Positions 45,524 through 54,732 of a stretch of 64,000 bases of DNA are shown in pieces. The stretch covers positions 11,457 to 75,456 of the forward strand of contig JBMYRW010000003.1 in NCBI GenBank assembly GCA_049602735.1, in the 5' to 3' direction. Within the stretch, counting starts at the first letter, position 1. Each line of letters begins with the position of its first letter. The notes under the pieces were generated by a model. That model was not told where the DNA came from and did no database searches. It worked only from the letters and a program-made list of their open reading frames with translations. The position numbers and the translations under genes were made by a program. Origin of the DNA: Thermoplasmatota archaeon. Lineage in GTDB: Archaea > Thermoplasmatota > E2 > JACPAO01 > JAHFTW01.

Positions 45524-46195
45524 GTGCCCCGGCCCAGTGACGTGGAGGCCCTCAAGCAGTTGGCGCTGCTTGGCGCCCTGGCGGACGACATCGAGGTCTC
45601 CAGCGGCGAGTTCGCCAGCCTCATCGACGCGAGCCAACAGACGAGCAGTCGGCGTCTGATCGAACTGACGGACGCAGGCTACCTGCAACGCAACCTGGGC
45701 GTCCGTCGGCAACGCATCCGCATCACGGACGAAGGCGAATCGGTCCTCCGCGCCGAGCACCTGCTCTACCAACGCCTGTTCGAGCAGCGCGACCGGATCG
45801 TCGTCCACGGCACCGTCGCCTCCGGCCTCGGGGAAGGCAAGTACTACCTCTCACGCCCCGGCTATAACGTCCAGTTCGAGGAACACCTGGGTTGGACGCC
45901 CTACCCCGGCACCCTCAACCTCAAACTCTCGGGCCCCGAGGCGAACAAGCTGAAGCTCCTGCGCCGCGCCCAGGTGCACGCTATCGAGCGCTTCGAAGCG
46001 GAAGGCCGCACGTTCGGCGGCGCCACGAGCCAACCGGCCCTGCTCGGGGACCAACCCTGCGCCACGGTGCTGCCCAACCGGACGCACCACGCCGCCACAC
46101 TGGAGCTCATCGCCCCGGTCTGTCTCCGCGACGCGTTGCCCTGCAAGGACGGCGACGAACTGGATGTGACCGTGTTCCTCCAGGAGCCGGCGTGA
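45524..46195 (+). CDS. ribK: CTP-dependent riboflavin kinase with N-terminal wHTH
   Basis: SQQTSSRRL HTH; GTVASGLGEGKYY, PYPGTLN, RTFG, ELIAP..LR. Confidence 0.93.
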   Translation: MPRPSDVEALKQLALLGALADDIEVSSGEFASLIDASQQTSSRRLIELTDAGYLQRNLGVRRQRIRITDEGESVLRAEHLLYQRLFEQRDRIVVHGTVASGLGEGKYYLSRPGYNVQFEEHLGWTPYPGTLNLKLSGPEANKLKLLRRAQVHAIERFEAEGRTFGGATSQPALLGDQPCATVLPNRTHHAATLELIAPVCLRDALPCKDGDELDVTVFLQEPA

Positions 46196-46764
46196 ACCTC
46201 GAGGTGTTGCGCCTTGGCCATCGGCCGCAACGGGACAAACGCATCACGACGCATGTGTGCCTCACAGCGCGCGCCATGGGGGCCCGCCGGGCCCGCATCG
46301 CAGAAGAGGACGGCTCCGTCGTGACCTCCGTGCGCGACCTGTCCGGGCGCTTCGGCGGTGATTTCACCGTCGAGCACGGCACGGGCTGGCGCGGCGTGGT
46401 CAAGGAGTGGCAGGCCGGCGGTGGCGCCGTCGTCCACCTGACCATGTACGGCGAACCCCTGGGCACCGTCGCACCCGCGCTCCGGGAGGAGGGGCGCGAT
46501 GTCCTGGTGGTCGTCGGCGCAGAGAAGGTGCCCGGTGACCTCTACAAGCTCGCGGACCACAACGTCGCCGTGGGGAACCAGCCCCATTCCGAGGTGGCGG
46601 CGCTGGCGCTGCTCCTCGATCGGCTGCGTGACGGCGCCTGGGAGCACGATGTATTCGAAGGCGGCGAACTAAAAGTGGAGCCCATGGCCCATGGCAAGAA
46701 GGTGATCGCTGCGGACGCCGGACCCTTGGAGCCCCGCGGCGACGACGCCGTTCACAACGGTTAA
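46192..46764 (+). CDS. trm56: tRNA (cytidine(56)-2'-O)-methyltransferase
   Basis: LRLGHRPQRDKRITTHV.LTARA.GA, VHLTMYG, VGAEKVP, NQPHSEVAAL. Confidence 0.95.
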   Translation: MNLEVLRLGHRPQRDKRITTHVCLTARAMGARRARIAEEDGSVVTSVRDLSGRFGGDFTVEHGTGWRGVVKEWQAGGGAVVHLTMYGEPLGTVAPALREEGRDVLVVVGAEKVPGDLYKLADHNVAVGNQPHSEVAALALLLDRLRDGAWEHDVFEGGELKVEPMAHGKKVIAADAGPLEPRGDDAVHNG

Positions 46765-46791
46765 CCGACGGCTCAGACCTGGAGCGGTACC

Positions 46792-47316
46792 GTGGTCCGA
46801 GGCGAGGAATGGGAACCCACCTTGGATGATCCGATCATCCAGGACTACATCTTCGAGGCGGCCGGCGAGGAAGGGCTGCCCATGGCCCGCTTCATCGCCG
46901 AGAAGGAGCCCATCAGTGGCGAAGACCTGCTGGAGGCCCACGAGGAGCGCAAGCCCAGCGACGTCCGCAAGGTCCTCTACGCCCTCATGGAGGCCCGCGT
47001 CGCCGAGTACCAGAAGGACACGGACGCCAAGGGCTGGGAGACGTTCATCTGGAAGATGACGCTCTACGAGGTCAAGTACCTCCTGCGGCGCCACTGGGAG
47101 GAGGAGCTGGAGGAGCTCAAGCAGGCCCTGCGGTACGAGCAGGACCACGAGTTCTACGCCTGCCCCCACCTGCACCGTCGCGTCATCTTCGAGGATGCCA
47201 TGGACCTCCAGTTCCAGTGTCCCGTCTGCGAGGAGCCCCTCAACCCCGTGGACAACCAGGAGATCAAGGAAGCCCTGGAGGCGCGCATCGGTGAGCTGGA
47301 AGCCGACGGTGCGTGA
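46792..47316 (+). CDS. tfe: Transcription factor E (TFIIE alpha homolog)
   Basis: VRKVLYAL, D..GW..F.W, FYAC and FEDAM...FQCPVC zinc ribbon. Confidence 0.92.
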   Translation: MVRGEEWEPTLDDPIIQDYIFEAAGEEGLPMARFIAEKEPISGEDLLEAHEERKPSDVRKVLYALMEARVAEYQKDTDAKGWETFIWKMTLYEVKYLLRRHWEEELEELKQALRYEQDHEFYACPHLHRRVIFEDAMDLQFQCPVCEEPLNPVDNQEIKEALEARIGELEADGA

Positions 47317-47878
47317 AGCCTGGTCCCTCCTGGATGAGGCCGGTGTGCCGGCCTGGGTGCTGCGTCACGCCGGCTGCGTAAGGGACCTGGCGGTCGCCAT
47401 GGCCCGCCGTGCCCCCGACGGCACCGCCGATCCCGCCCTGGTGGAGGTCGGTGCCATCCTGCACGACGTGGGCCGCGCCGTCACGCAGGACGTCCGCCAT
47501 GCCAGCCTCGGCAGCGCCTGGTTGGCCGACCGCGACGTCGAACCGGCCATCGTCCAAGTGGTGGACCGCCACACGGGGGCCGGTATCGATGCGGCGGGCG
47601 CCGCGGCGCTAGGGCTGCCGGTCCGTGACTACACGCCGCGCAGCCTTGAGGAGCGCATCGTGGCCCATGCGGACAACCTCTACTCGGGGGACAAGCGCCT
47701 GGACCTCCATCAGGTGCAGGCGAAGTACGTCGCCAAGGGCCTGGAGGACGCGGGGGCCCGCATCCTGGAGCTTCACCGTGCGCTCTGCGATGAGCTGGGC
47801 GTCGATCTGGAGCGATTGGCGCGACTCACAGGGCTCGAAGGGCCGACCGACGGCGCTACTGCGGCCAGCGACCCGTGA
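47309..47878 (+). CDS. HD domain protein (TIGR00295-like)
   Basis: GAILHDVGR, RHTGAGI, P...EERIVAHADNL; GTG 47309. Confidence 0.88.
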   Translation: MREAWSLLDEAGVPAWVLRHAGCVRDLAVAMARRAPDGTADPALVEVGAILHDVGRAVTQDVRHASLGSAWLADRDVEPAIVQVVDRHTGAGIDAAGAAALGLPVRDYTPRSLEERIVAHADNLYSGDKRLDLHQVQAKYVAKGLEDAGARILELHRALCDELGVDLERLARLTGLEGPTDGATAASDP

Positions 47879-48557
47879 ACCGGCGGCGCCACAGGGCCCA
47901 TAGGTTGCCCAGGCCGTCGCTCCAGCTCTCGATCACGGCGTCCCCGATGCGCGGCCGGAGGCTGCCGGGGACCTCCCGGGCGGCCAGGTCGCGGTGGCGT
48001 AGGGCTTCCACCTTCAGGGCCTGACTGAACGCCATCCCTTCAGGGAGCGCTTCGATGTCCAGGGCCTCCAGGGTGCTGCGACGGATCACCCACATGCCGC
48101 TCTGGGAGTCCCGCAGCTTCAGCCAGAACAGCAGGCGCGTGGTGAGGCTCAGGACGCCGTTGCCCAGCTTGTGCAGGCCGCTCATGGCGCCATCGGCGAG
48201 GTCGGCGTAGCGGTCGCAGGTGGCAAAATCGAGGCCCTCGTCCAGGAGGAGGCGCACCTGTTGGTGGACCGTATCGAACGGATAGGTGCCGTCCGCATCC
48301 CCCGTCACGATGATGTCGCCGGTCGCTTCCGCGAAGCCACGCTTGTAGGCGCGTCCGTAGCCCCGCCGGGGCTCCACCACGACCCTGGCGCCACGCGCCT
48401 GGGCCTCCTGGGCGGTGCGGTCCTGGCTGTCGCCGTCGATGACGAGCATCTCCAACTCAAGGCCCATGGCCGCGAAGGCCTGGCGGTCGATGGCGTCCAG
48501 CGTGGGACCGATGCCGGTCTCTTCGTTGAGGGTGGGGATGACGACGGAGACCTTCAC
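47856..48557 (-). CDS. GT2 glycosyltransferase (DPM1-like)
   Basis: VVIPTLNEE, DGDSQDRT, GYGRA, DADGTY, DSQSG. Confidence 0.92.
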   Translation of the reverse strand: MKVSVVIPTLNEETGIGPTLDAIDRQAFAAMGLELEMLVIDGDSQDRTAQEAQARGARVVVEPRRGYGRAYKRGFAEATGDIIVTGDADGTYPFDTVHQQVRLLLDEGLDFATCDRYADLADGAMSGLHKLGNGVLSLTTRLLFWLKLRDSQSGMWVIRRSTLEALDIEALPEGMAFSQALKVEALRHRDLAAREVPGSLRPRIGDAVIESWSDGLGNLWALWRRRFTGRWPQ

Positions 48558-49390
48558 GTGTTCACCTTGGGTCGGTTCTGCTTCTGGAGGTGGGGCGGCG
48601 TGCGGCCTGCCTTGGCGGCCAGGTAGCCGGCGAGGCCGGCGGCCATGCGGGCGGCGCCCCAGAAGCTGCTGCCGTTGAGGGCGATCATGTCCTTGAAACT
48701 GTATTCGTGCCAGAGGCCACCGTGCTTGACGGTGAGCTGCTTGCGGCCGAAGCCGTTCCAGTACGCCTGCTTGAGGAAGCCCGTGATGGAGCCGCGCGCC
48801 TTGGCGTACACGATCGCCTGGGGCGCATGCGCGATGGTGGCGCCGGCTTCGACGGCGCGGTAGTTGAGGTCGATGTCTTCGGCGGTCACGAACACGTCGT
48901 CGAAGCCGCCTAGCCGTTCAAAGAGGGCTCGGGAGTAGGCGAGGTTGCAACTGGGCCAGGTCGTATCGACGCCTCGATGGGGCAGTTCGACGCGGTGGAG
49001 CTTCGTGAAGGCCCAATAGCCCGTCAGTTGCGTGCGGCCGGCGACGACGCGGTCCGGTTCGCCGTTCCAGGAGGTGACCAGGCTGCGGAGCCAGTAGGCG
49101 TTGGCGATGCAGTCGGCGTCGATGAACGCCAGGAGGTCCCCTTTGGCCAACGCGGCGCCCAGGTTGCGGCCACGGCCACGGCCGCAGGGTTCGACCACGA
49201 CCTGCATCGGCAGGCGATCGGCGTAGCTGCGCGCCACGGCGGCGGTGTTGTCGGTGCTCTTGGCATCGACCAAGATGACGTCCGCCAAGTCGAACGGCCC
49301 TTCCACCTGGCCGGCTAGGCTATCCAGGAGGTGGCGGAGGTTGCGCCCTTCGTTGCGGGTCGTGACGACGACGCTGACGGAAGGGGCCAC
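48554..49390 (-). CDS. GT2 glycosyltransferase
   Basis: SVVV..RNE, VDAKSTD, RNLGA, FIDAD, GGFD, AEDIDL. Confidence 0.92.
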   Translation of the reverse strand: MAPSVSVVVTTRNEGRNLRHLLDSLAGQVEGPFDLADVILVDAKSTDNTAAVARSYADRLPMQVVVEPCGRGRGRNLGAALAKGDLLAFIDADCIANAYWLRSLVTSWNGEPDRVVAGRTQLTGYWAFTKLHRVELPHRGVDTTWPSCNLAYSRALFERLGGFDDVFVTAEDIDLNYRAVEAGATIAHAPQAIVYAKARGSITGFLKQAYWNGFGRKQLTVKHGGLWHEYSFKDMIALNGSSFWGAARMAAGLAGYLAAKAGRTPPHLQKQNRPKVNT

Positions 49391-49413
49391 GGGCTGGCGA
49401 CCTCGGGCCCTCT

Positions 49414-51006
49414 TTAGGGCGTTTGCGTGGCTTCCCCTGAACCCCGGCGCAGGGCGTCCATGAGGCCCTTCACGTCGCGGCGGCGCAGTTCGCCGGCGAG
49501 CGCCAGGATGGCGAGGTAGGTGAGGCCGACGAGGGCGCCGTACCAGACGAGGTCGTAGAAGCGCTCACGGGCCGGCAGGAGCCCGTCGATCCCGGCGAGC
49601 AGGAGGACGGTCGCCGCGGCCGCCAGGCCTTGTCGTACCAGGTACGATGGCAGGATCGGGTGGCCGGTCCAGCGGGCCGCCAGGAGGCGGAAGGCCACGA
49701 AGGCGGCCGTCGCGGAGGCGAGCGTGGCGATGGCGGCGCCCAGCGCACCCAGGCCGGCGCCAGGTAGGGGGCCGACGCCGTCAGGCACGAGGACGAGATT
49801 GAGCAGGAAATTGAGGGCGAGGGCACCGCCCGCGACCTTGGCGGCCGCCTGGGGCTCCTGGAGGCCCACCGCCTTGGTGCGCAGGGGGAGTGTCAGGCTG
49901 AGGATGAACGCATGGGCCGTCAGCAGGTACCAGGGGGTGACGGCGGGCAGGAACTGGTCGGAGAGCCCGATGTGCATAAGCGCCGGCGCGTCGAGGGCGA
50001 GCCAGGCAACGGGGAACCACAGCAACAGGGCGAGCCAACGTTCGGCGGACACCATCTGGACGCGCAGTTCGGCCATGCGTCCGGCGGCGGCGAGGCCAGC
50101 GACGGCAGGCAAGAGGACGACGACGAGGCTCTGGGCGACGATGACGAGGATGTCGCTGAGCTTGGCCGCCGCCTGGTAATAGCCCAGCTCGGTCGCCGTG
50201 CCGAAGAAGCCGACGAAAAGCCGGTCCATGTGTTTCATGAGCAGGCCGCTGGCCGTCAGGAACAGGAGGGGCGCCGTGGCGTGCAGGTAGGCTCGGGCGA
50301 CGCTGCGGTCGGGGCGGCCGATCGGGATCTTGGCGCGGACGAAGAGCCACCAGGCGACCGCGAGGCTCACCGCCTCGCCCACGAGGAACGCGACCACGAG
50401 CCAATGGAGCGCCTGCGGGAAGCTGACGGGCCCGGTGACGCCGAACCAGGAGGCCACGGCCTCCGAGGCGGCCGGGAACGGGCTCCAGCGCCCGGCGCCG
50501 TGGGCGTACGCGATGGCAGCCAGGACCGTGCCGCCGGCCGTCAGGACGGTGTTGGTGAGGATCGCCGTCTCGCGCTCCCGGATCAGGTTGAGCCCCCGGA
50601 ACGTGTTGAGGGCGACGCCGCGCAGCGCCTTGGCGGCCACCACGACGAGCGCCAGCCAGAGCGCCTGCTCCGTCACGTCGGTGGCCGGACGGCCCAGGAG
50701 GCCGAACCAGACCGTCATGGCCAGGCTGGCGAGGACGAGGAAGGCGACCAGAAGGCCGACGCGGAGGAACAGGAACGTACCGTTGCTGACCGCCACCGGC
50801 TCGCCGGCGCCCAAGCGACGGGCATGCGTCCAGGGGAGGCCGAGCTCCACGAGCAGGCCCGCGATGAAGACGAGGCTCAGGATGAACGCACGGCCGCCCA
50901 GCAGCTCCGGCCCCATGTACCGCCCCATGGCCAAGAGGGCCACGTAGCCCAGGGCCGCGCCTCCCAGGCTGTTGGAGAGGACGAGAAGGACGCGGCGCAG
51001 CAACAT
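49414..51006 (-). CDS. Oligosaccharide flippase (Wzx/MOP family)
   Basis: About 14 TM helices; RYMGP..LG; DRLFVGFF..ELGYY.AA; LNLVLVP...G..GAAIAT. Confidence 0.88.
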   Translation of the reverse strand: MLLRRVLLVLSNSLGGAALGYVALLAMGRYMGPELLGGRAFILSLVFIAGLLVELGLPWTHARRLGAGEPVAVSNGTFLFLRVGLLVAFLVLASLAMTVWFGLLGRPATDVTEQALWLALVVVAAKALRGVALNTFRGLNLIRERETAILTNTVLTAGGTVLAAIAYAHGAGRWSPFPAASEAVASWFGVTGPVSFPQALHWLVVAFLVGEAVSLAVAWWLFVRAKIPIGRPDRSVARAYLHATAPLLFLTASGLLMKHMDRLFVGFFGTATELGYYQAAAKLSDILVIVAQSLVVVLLPAVAGLAAAGRMAELRVQMVSAERWLALLLWFPVAWLALDAPALMHIGLSDQFLPAVTPWYLLTAHAFILSLTLPLRTKAVGLQEPQAAAKVAGGALALNFLLNLVLVPDGVGPLPGAGLGALGAAIATLASATAAFVAFRLLAARWTGHPILPSYLVRQGLAAAATVLLLAGIDGLLPARERFYDLVWYGALVGLTYLAILALAGELRRRDVKGLMDALRRGSGEATQTP

Positions 51007-51022
51007 GGGGGCTCCGGGGCGG

Positions 51023-51718
51023 CTACCGGTCGAAGAGCGTGCGGGCCGCTTCCAGGTCTTCTGGGAAGTCGATCTCCATGGCCCGCTTGTCGCCGATGTC
51101 GATGCAGCGCACAGGGCGCGTCGTGAACGGCAGGAGGTGCTCGATGGCGCGTTCGAAGTAGGCGCCGTCCTCCACGTAGGCGAGCGCCTGCTCCAGGAGA
51201 GGGCGATCGGCGGCCGCGTAGTGGTTGAGGCCCACCGACTCCCCGTCGCCGTGGACCTGCTTGGACAGGGCCACGAGGCGGTCGTCGCGGACGCGGTACT
51301 TGACCTCCTCTTCGCCGCAGATGCGCGGATCGACCGCCAGCGCCGTCGTCTCCGGGTCGGCGGCGACCGCTTGCAGGATGCCGTCGTCGAAGACCACGTC
51401 ACCGTTGAGCGCCACCACGGGGCCCGGCGGCATCACGGCCAAGGCCTCAAGGAGCGACTTGGCGGTGTTGGTCTCCATGTACCGGGTCGCCTCCACGAAG
51501 GTGACGCCGTCGTGGCTGCCCTTGGCGACCTGCGCCATCACCTTGTCCCCCTGGAACCCGACCACCACCCATACGCGCTCCATGCCGGCATCTCGTAGGC
51601 GGCCCAGTTGATGGTCCAGGATCGTGCCGTCGCCCCAAGGAATCAGGGCTTTGGGCATGTCGTGGCCCAGGCGGCTGCCCATGCCAGCGGCGAGGATGAC
51701 GGCGTTCGGGGGGCTCAT
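51023..51718 (-). CDS. Nucleotidyltransferase (phosphocholine/inositol-phosphate cytidylyltransferase family)
   Basis: ILAAGMGSRL...PKAL, TNT..SL, NGD, EEVK, GESVG, EIDFPEDL. Confidence 0.88.
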   Translation of the reverse strand: MSPPNAVILAAGMGSRLGHDMPKALIPWGDGTILDHQLGRLRDAGMERVWVVVGFQGDKVMAQVAKGSHDGVTFVEATRYMETNTAKSLLEALAVMPPGPVVALNGDVVFDDGILQAVAADPETTALAVDPRICGEEEVKYRVRDDRLVALSKQVHGDGESVGLNHYAAADRPLLEQALAYVEDGAYFERAIEHLLPFTTRPVRCIDIGDKRAMEIDFPEDLEAARTLFDR

Positions 51719-51806
51719 GGCGGCGCCGACCGCGTCGCGGCGTTTAAATCGGGGGCGTTGGTCGCGCGCCCTGCGCCAGGTCCCCGGGAGGGGGTCTAGC
51801 CCTGTT

Positions 51807-51879
51807 GCCGCTGTGGCTTAGCTGGTAGAGCAGCTGATTCGTAATCAGCAGGTCGAGGGTTCAAATCCCTCCAGCGGCT
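51807..51879 (+). tRNA. tRNA-Thr(CGT)
   Basis: Acceptor stem GCCGCTG/CAGCGGC; anticodon arm GCTGA-TTCGTAA-TCAGC; T-loop GGTTCAAATCC; no encoded CCA. Confidence 0.96.
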
Positions 51880-51975
51880 CTCTCGCCCACCTTGCCGTGC
51901 GCTCCGTTGCGCTCATATACGGTGCCTAAGTGGCGCGACCCATCCGACCCCTTTTCGAAGGGGCCGCCACACACC

Positions 51976-52047
51976 GCCGCTGTGGCTTAGAGGTATAGCG
52001 GCTCCTTGGTAAGGAGCAGGTCGTGGGTTCAATTCCCACCAGCGGCT
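51976..52047 (+). tRNA. tRNA-Thr(GGT)
   Basis: Acceptor stem GCCGCTG/CAGCGGC; anticodon arm GCTCC-TTGGTAA-GGAGC; T-loop GGTTCAATTCC. Confidence 0.96.
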
Positions 52048-52077
52048 CTTCTTTTCATCCCCTTCTGGTCCCCCACT

Positions 52078-52845
52078 GTGGAGGAGCCCACGAAGGCCCG
52101 GCTGGCCGCCTCGTCCGGCCGCCGTTACCCCTTGGCGCGCGCCAACAGCGCCACCGCCCGGCCGCTCTCGTGGGCGCTTGCCAAGGCCGGTGCCACGCCG
52201 AACCAGGTGACCCTCCTCTCGCTCGTCGTCTCCCTGGTGGGGCTGTGGGTCGTCGCCGCCGCGGATGCTTGGACGGACCTGGCTGCCGGCGTCGCCCTGG
52301 TCCACTTGGGCCTGGTGCTCGACCACGCTGATGGCCAGGTGGCCCGCCGCCGCGGCATGGGGAGCGACTGGGGGCTCTACCTGGACATGGTGGTGGACCG
52401 GGTCGTGGAGATCGGACTCGTGGTCGCGTTGGCCGTGACGACGCTCACGGCCACGCAGCCCCTGCCGGACACCTGGCTGATCGACGACACCGCCCTCGCC
52501 ATGTTGGCCCTGGCTACCTTGGGCCTGATGCTCTCCTGGCGGTTCCTCAACGCCTACAACGACGTGCTGTACCTGCGCCGCCATCTCCTGGTGACGGGGC
52601 GGGCGCCGCAGGCGAGGCCCTCCAAAGAGGGCGGAGCGGCCGGCGGTTGGTTCCCCGTGTTCAACCGGGACTGGGTGTTCGCCCTCTGGTCCATCGGCGC
52701 CCTCCTTGTGCAGCCCGCTGGGACGCTCGCCGTGCTAGCGGTGCTGCATCTGGGCGTCTGCGCCGGAAAGGTCCTCGCCTTCAAGCGCCACCACGAGGCG
52801 CCGGAGGCCCGCGCGGCCGCCGTCCTTGATGGCGACCACCACTGA
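52078..52845 (+). CDS. CDP-alcohol phosphatidyltransferase family protein
   Basis: TPNQVT; LDHADGQVARRRG..S.WG.YLD.VVD signature. Confidence 0.88.
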   Translation: MEEPTKARLAASSGRRYPLARANSATARPLSWALAKAGATPNQVTLLSLVVSLVGLWVVAAADAWTDLAAGVALVHLGLVLDHADGQVARRRGMGSDWGLYLDMVVDRVVEIGLVVALAVTTLTATQPLPDTWLIDDTALAMLALATLGLMLSWRFLNAYNDVLYLRRHLLVTGRAPQARPSKEGGAAGGWFPVFNRDWVFALWSIGALLVQPAGTLAVLAVLHLGVCAGKVLAFKRHHEAPEARAAAVLDGDHH

Positions 52846-52866
52846 AGCGGCACCCGGAGGCTGCCG

Positions 52867-53760
52867 CTACGTCGGTTTCCAGGCGGCCAGGTCGAGGTCG
52901 AACTGACGTTCCACGAGCTCCACCTCTGGCAGGAATTCTTGCCGTAGCCACGCCTCGTCGGCTGGCGCCAAGGGTGGCACCTTGCTGTTGAGCCGGCGTA
53001 GGGCCAGGTGGACACGCATCCGGACCGAACGGGGCAGCAGATGCCGGGTGAGGCCGCCCAGCGGACTCCTGCGCAGGAGCCGTTGCTGCACCGCGTCCAG
53101 CCGCCCGACGCCGCCCGGGTTGTGCACCAGGAAGTCGGGGCGGTGCGGCTCCACGCCCAGGAAGTCGTGCAGTCGATCCATGGTCACGGCCGGCCGCGCT
53201 TGGAGCTCGTGCAGCGTCAGGACGAAGAAACGGTCGCGGGGGAACGCCTCGAGCCACGGCTGGAAGTTGGTCCCGTAGCGGCTCTGGGTCCGGTAGCCCC
53301 AGAACGGCTCCCATCCGGCGGCCAGCCGCTCGTCCTCCTTTGCCAGGGCGTCGCGGAAGCTCCCCAAGGGTTCTCGGTGGTTGCGCCGCAGGTGGAGGTA
53401 GTTGGAGTAGGCGCGTTGCACGGGATCGCGCAGCACGGCGATGAACCGGGCATCCGGCAGCCGTTCCTTGATGCGGCGGGGGACCTCGGCGTCGGCCAGG
53501 TATTGAGGGCTGAACTCGCCCGCCAGGCGACCCTCCGCACGTGCGAAGGCGGCCTGGTAAGCAGGCCATTCGTGGATATCGTTCCGGGTGCTCGCCGCGT
53601 CACCTGGGCCGCGCCACGGCCGCCGCCCCTTGGCGTGCAGAAAGTAGTGCGGCTCCTTGGTGGCCATGAAGATGCCCGGATGTTGGTCGAGGTAGTGGTG
53701 CAGGCTGGTGGTCCCCGCCTTGGGCACGCCGATGCCGATGAAGGCAGGAACATCGTTCAT
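52867..53760 (-). CDS. Sulfotransferase
   Basis: IGIGVPKAGTTSL, KEPHYF, LRDPVQRAYS. Confidence 0.92.
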   Translation of the reverse strand: MNDVPAFIGIGVPKAGTTSLHHYLDQHPGIFMATKEPHYFLHAKGRRPWRGPGDAASTRNDIHEWPAYQAAFARAEGRLAGEFSPQYLADAEVPRRIKERLPDARFIAVLRDPVQRAYSNYLHLRRNHREPLGSFRDALAKEDERLAAGWEPFWGYRTQSRYGTNFQPWLEAFPRDRFFVLTLHELQARPAVTMDRLHDFLGVEPHRPDFLVHNPGGVGRLDAVQQRLLRRSPLGGLTRHLLPRSVRMRVHLALRRLNSKVPPLAPADEAWLRQEFLPEVELVERQFDLDLAAWKPT

Positions 53761-54662
53761 GCTCGACCGCCGGAGGTCGACCACGGCATGGAGCGTCCCA
53801 GCATCGCCTCGAGCCGCTCCGTGTCCGGGCGCAGCGCCGCCACGAGACGGTCGCGGTCGGCGGCCTCGATCTCAGGGTAGGTGGTGTTCAGCCGTTGCAG
53901 CTTGTACGCGATCCAGCGGCGTGTATTGTGGGGCAGCAGGTACCGGGTGAGTCCGCCGAGGGGCCTCTTGCTGCGGAGCCAGCGGCGCAGTGTCCGGTTC
54001 CGCGCGTGGCCCGTGATGTTGTACCGGGCGCGCGTGTCGGGCTCGACGGTATCATCGATGTCCAGGAAGCGGAACAGCTCCTGCATCTGGGCCACCGGAT
54101 CGTCGCGCAGCGCCTCCAGGCTCATGACGTGCATCCGGTCGCCGAACGCCTCCAGCCACGGCGCCAGGTGATGCCCGTAGCGCCCCTGTTCCAGGTAGCC
54201 CCAGAAGGGCCGCCAGCCGGCGGCCAACCGTTCCTGCTCCGCGTCCAACGCGTCAGCGAAGCGTGGCAGGGGCTCACGGCCGTCCCGCAGCAGGTGCAAG
54301 TGGTTGGAGAAGGCCCGCTGCACCGGGTCACGCAGCAGGGCGACGATGCGCACATCCGGCAACCGTTCCTGGATGACCGGGATCAGCTCTGGATAAAGGT
54401 AGGTGAAGACGCTGCTCTCGCCGCACAGTTGGCCCGGCGCGGCCTCGTCGAAGAGCGCCTCGTAGTCCGCTGGGTCGGGGACGTAATCGCTCGTGGAGTC
54501 CTGGTCCTCCGGACCACACCAGGCACGCCAGACCGTTTCCGGCAGGAAGTGATGGGGCTCCTTGACGCGGCTCATGAACACCTCCGGGTGTTGGTCCAGG
54601 TAGTGATGGAGGCTGGTCGTGCCCGATTTTGGGGCACCGATGACCAGGAGCCGCGGGCGCAT
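53757..54662 (-). CDS. Sulfotransferase (tandem paralog)
   Basis: IGAPKSGTTSL, KEPHHF, LRDPVQRAFS. Confidence 0.92.
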   Translation of the reverse strand: MRPRLLVIGAPKSGTTSLHHYLDQHPEVFMSRVKEPHHFLPETVWRAWCGPEDQDSTSDYVPDPADYEALFDEAAPGQLCGESSVFTYLYPELIPVIQERLPDVRIVALLRDPVQRAFSNHLHLLRDGREPLPRFADALDAEQERLAAGWRPFWGYLEQGRYGHHLAPWLEAFGDRMHVMSLEALRDDPVAQMQELFRFLDIDDTVEPDTRARYNITGHARNRTLRRWLRSKRPLGGLTRYLLPHNTRRWIAYKLQRLNTTYPEIEAADRDRLVAALRPDTERLEAMLGRSMPWSTSGGRA

Positions 54663-54732
54663 GACGGTGGACCGAGGGGCGCTTGAAAAGTGGAAGCGAA
54701 ACGCATTATGCGCGCTTGCCCCCTGAAGTGAC

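Noticed and set aside
51948-51963. CCCCTT-TTCG-AAGGGG hairpin as a separate ncRNA
   Set aside because: More simply explained as the promoter or processing region of tRNA-Thr(GGT); no other support
51807-52047. tRNA pair as attL/attR of an integrated element
   Set aside because: Both are complete tRNAs with different anticodons; no integrase and no duplicated 3' fragment was seen elsewhere
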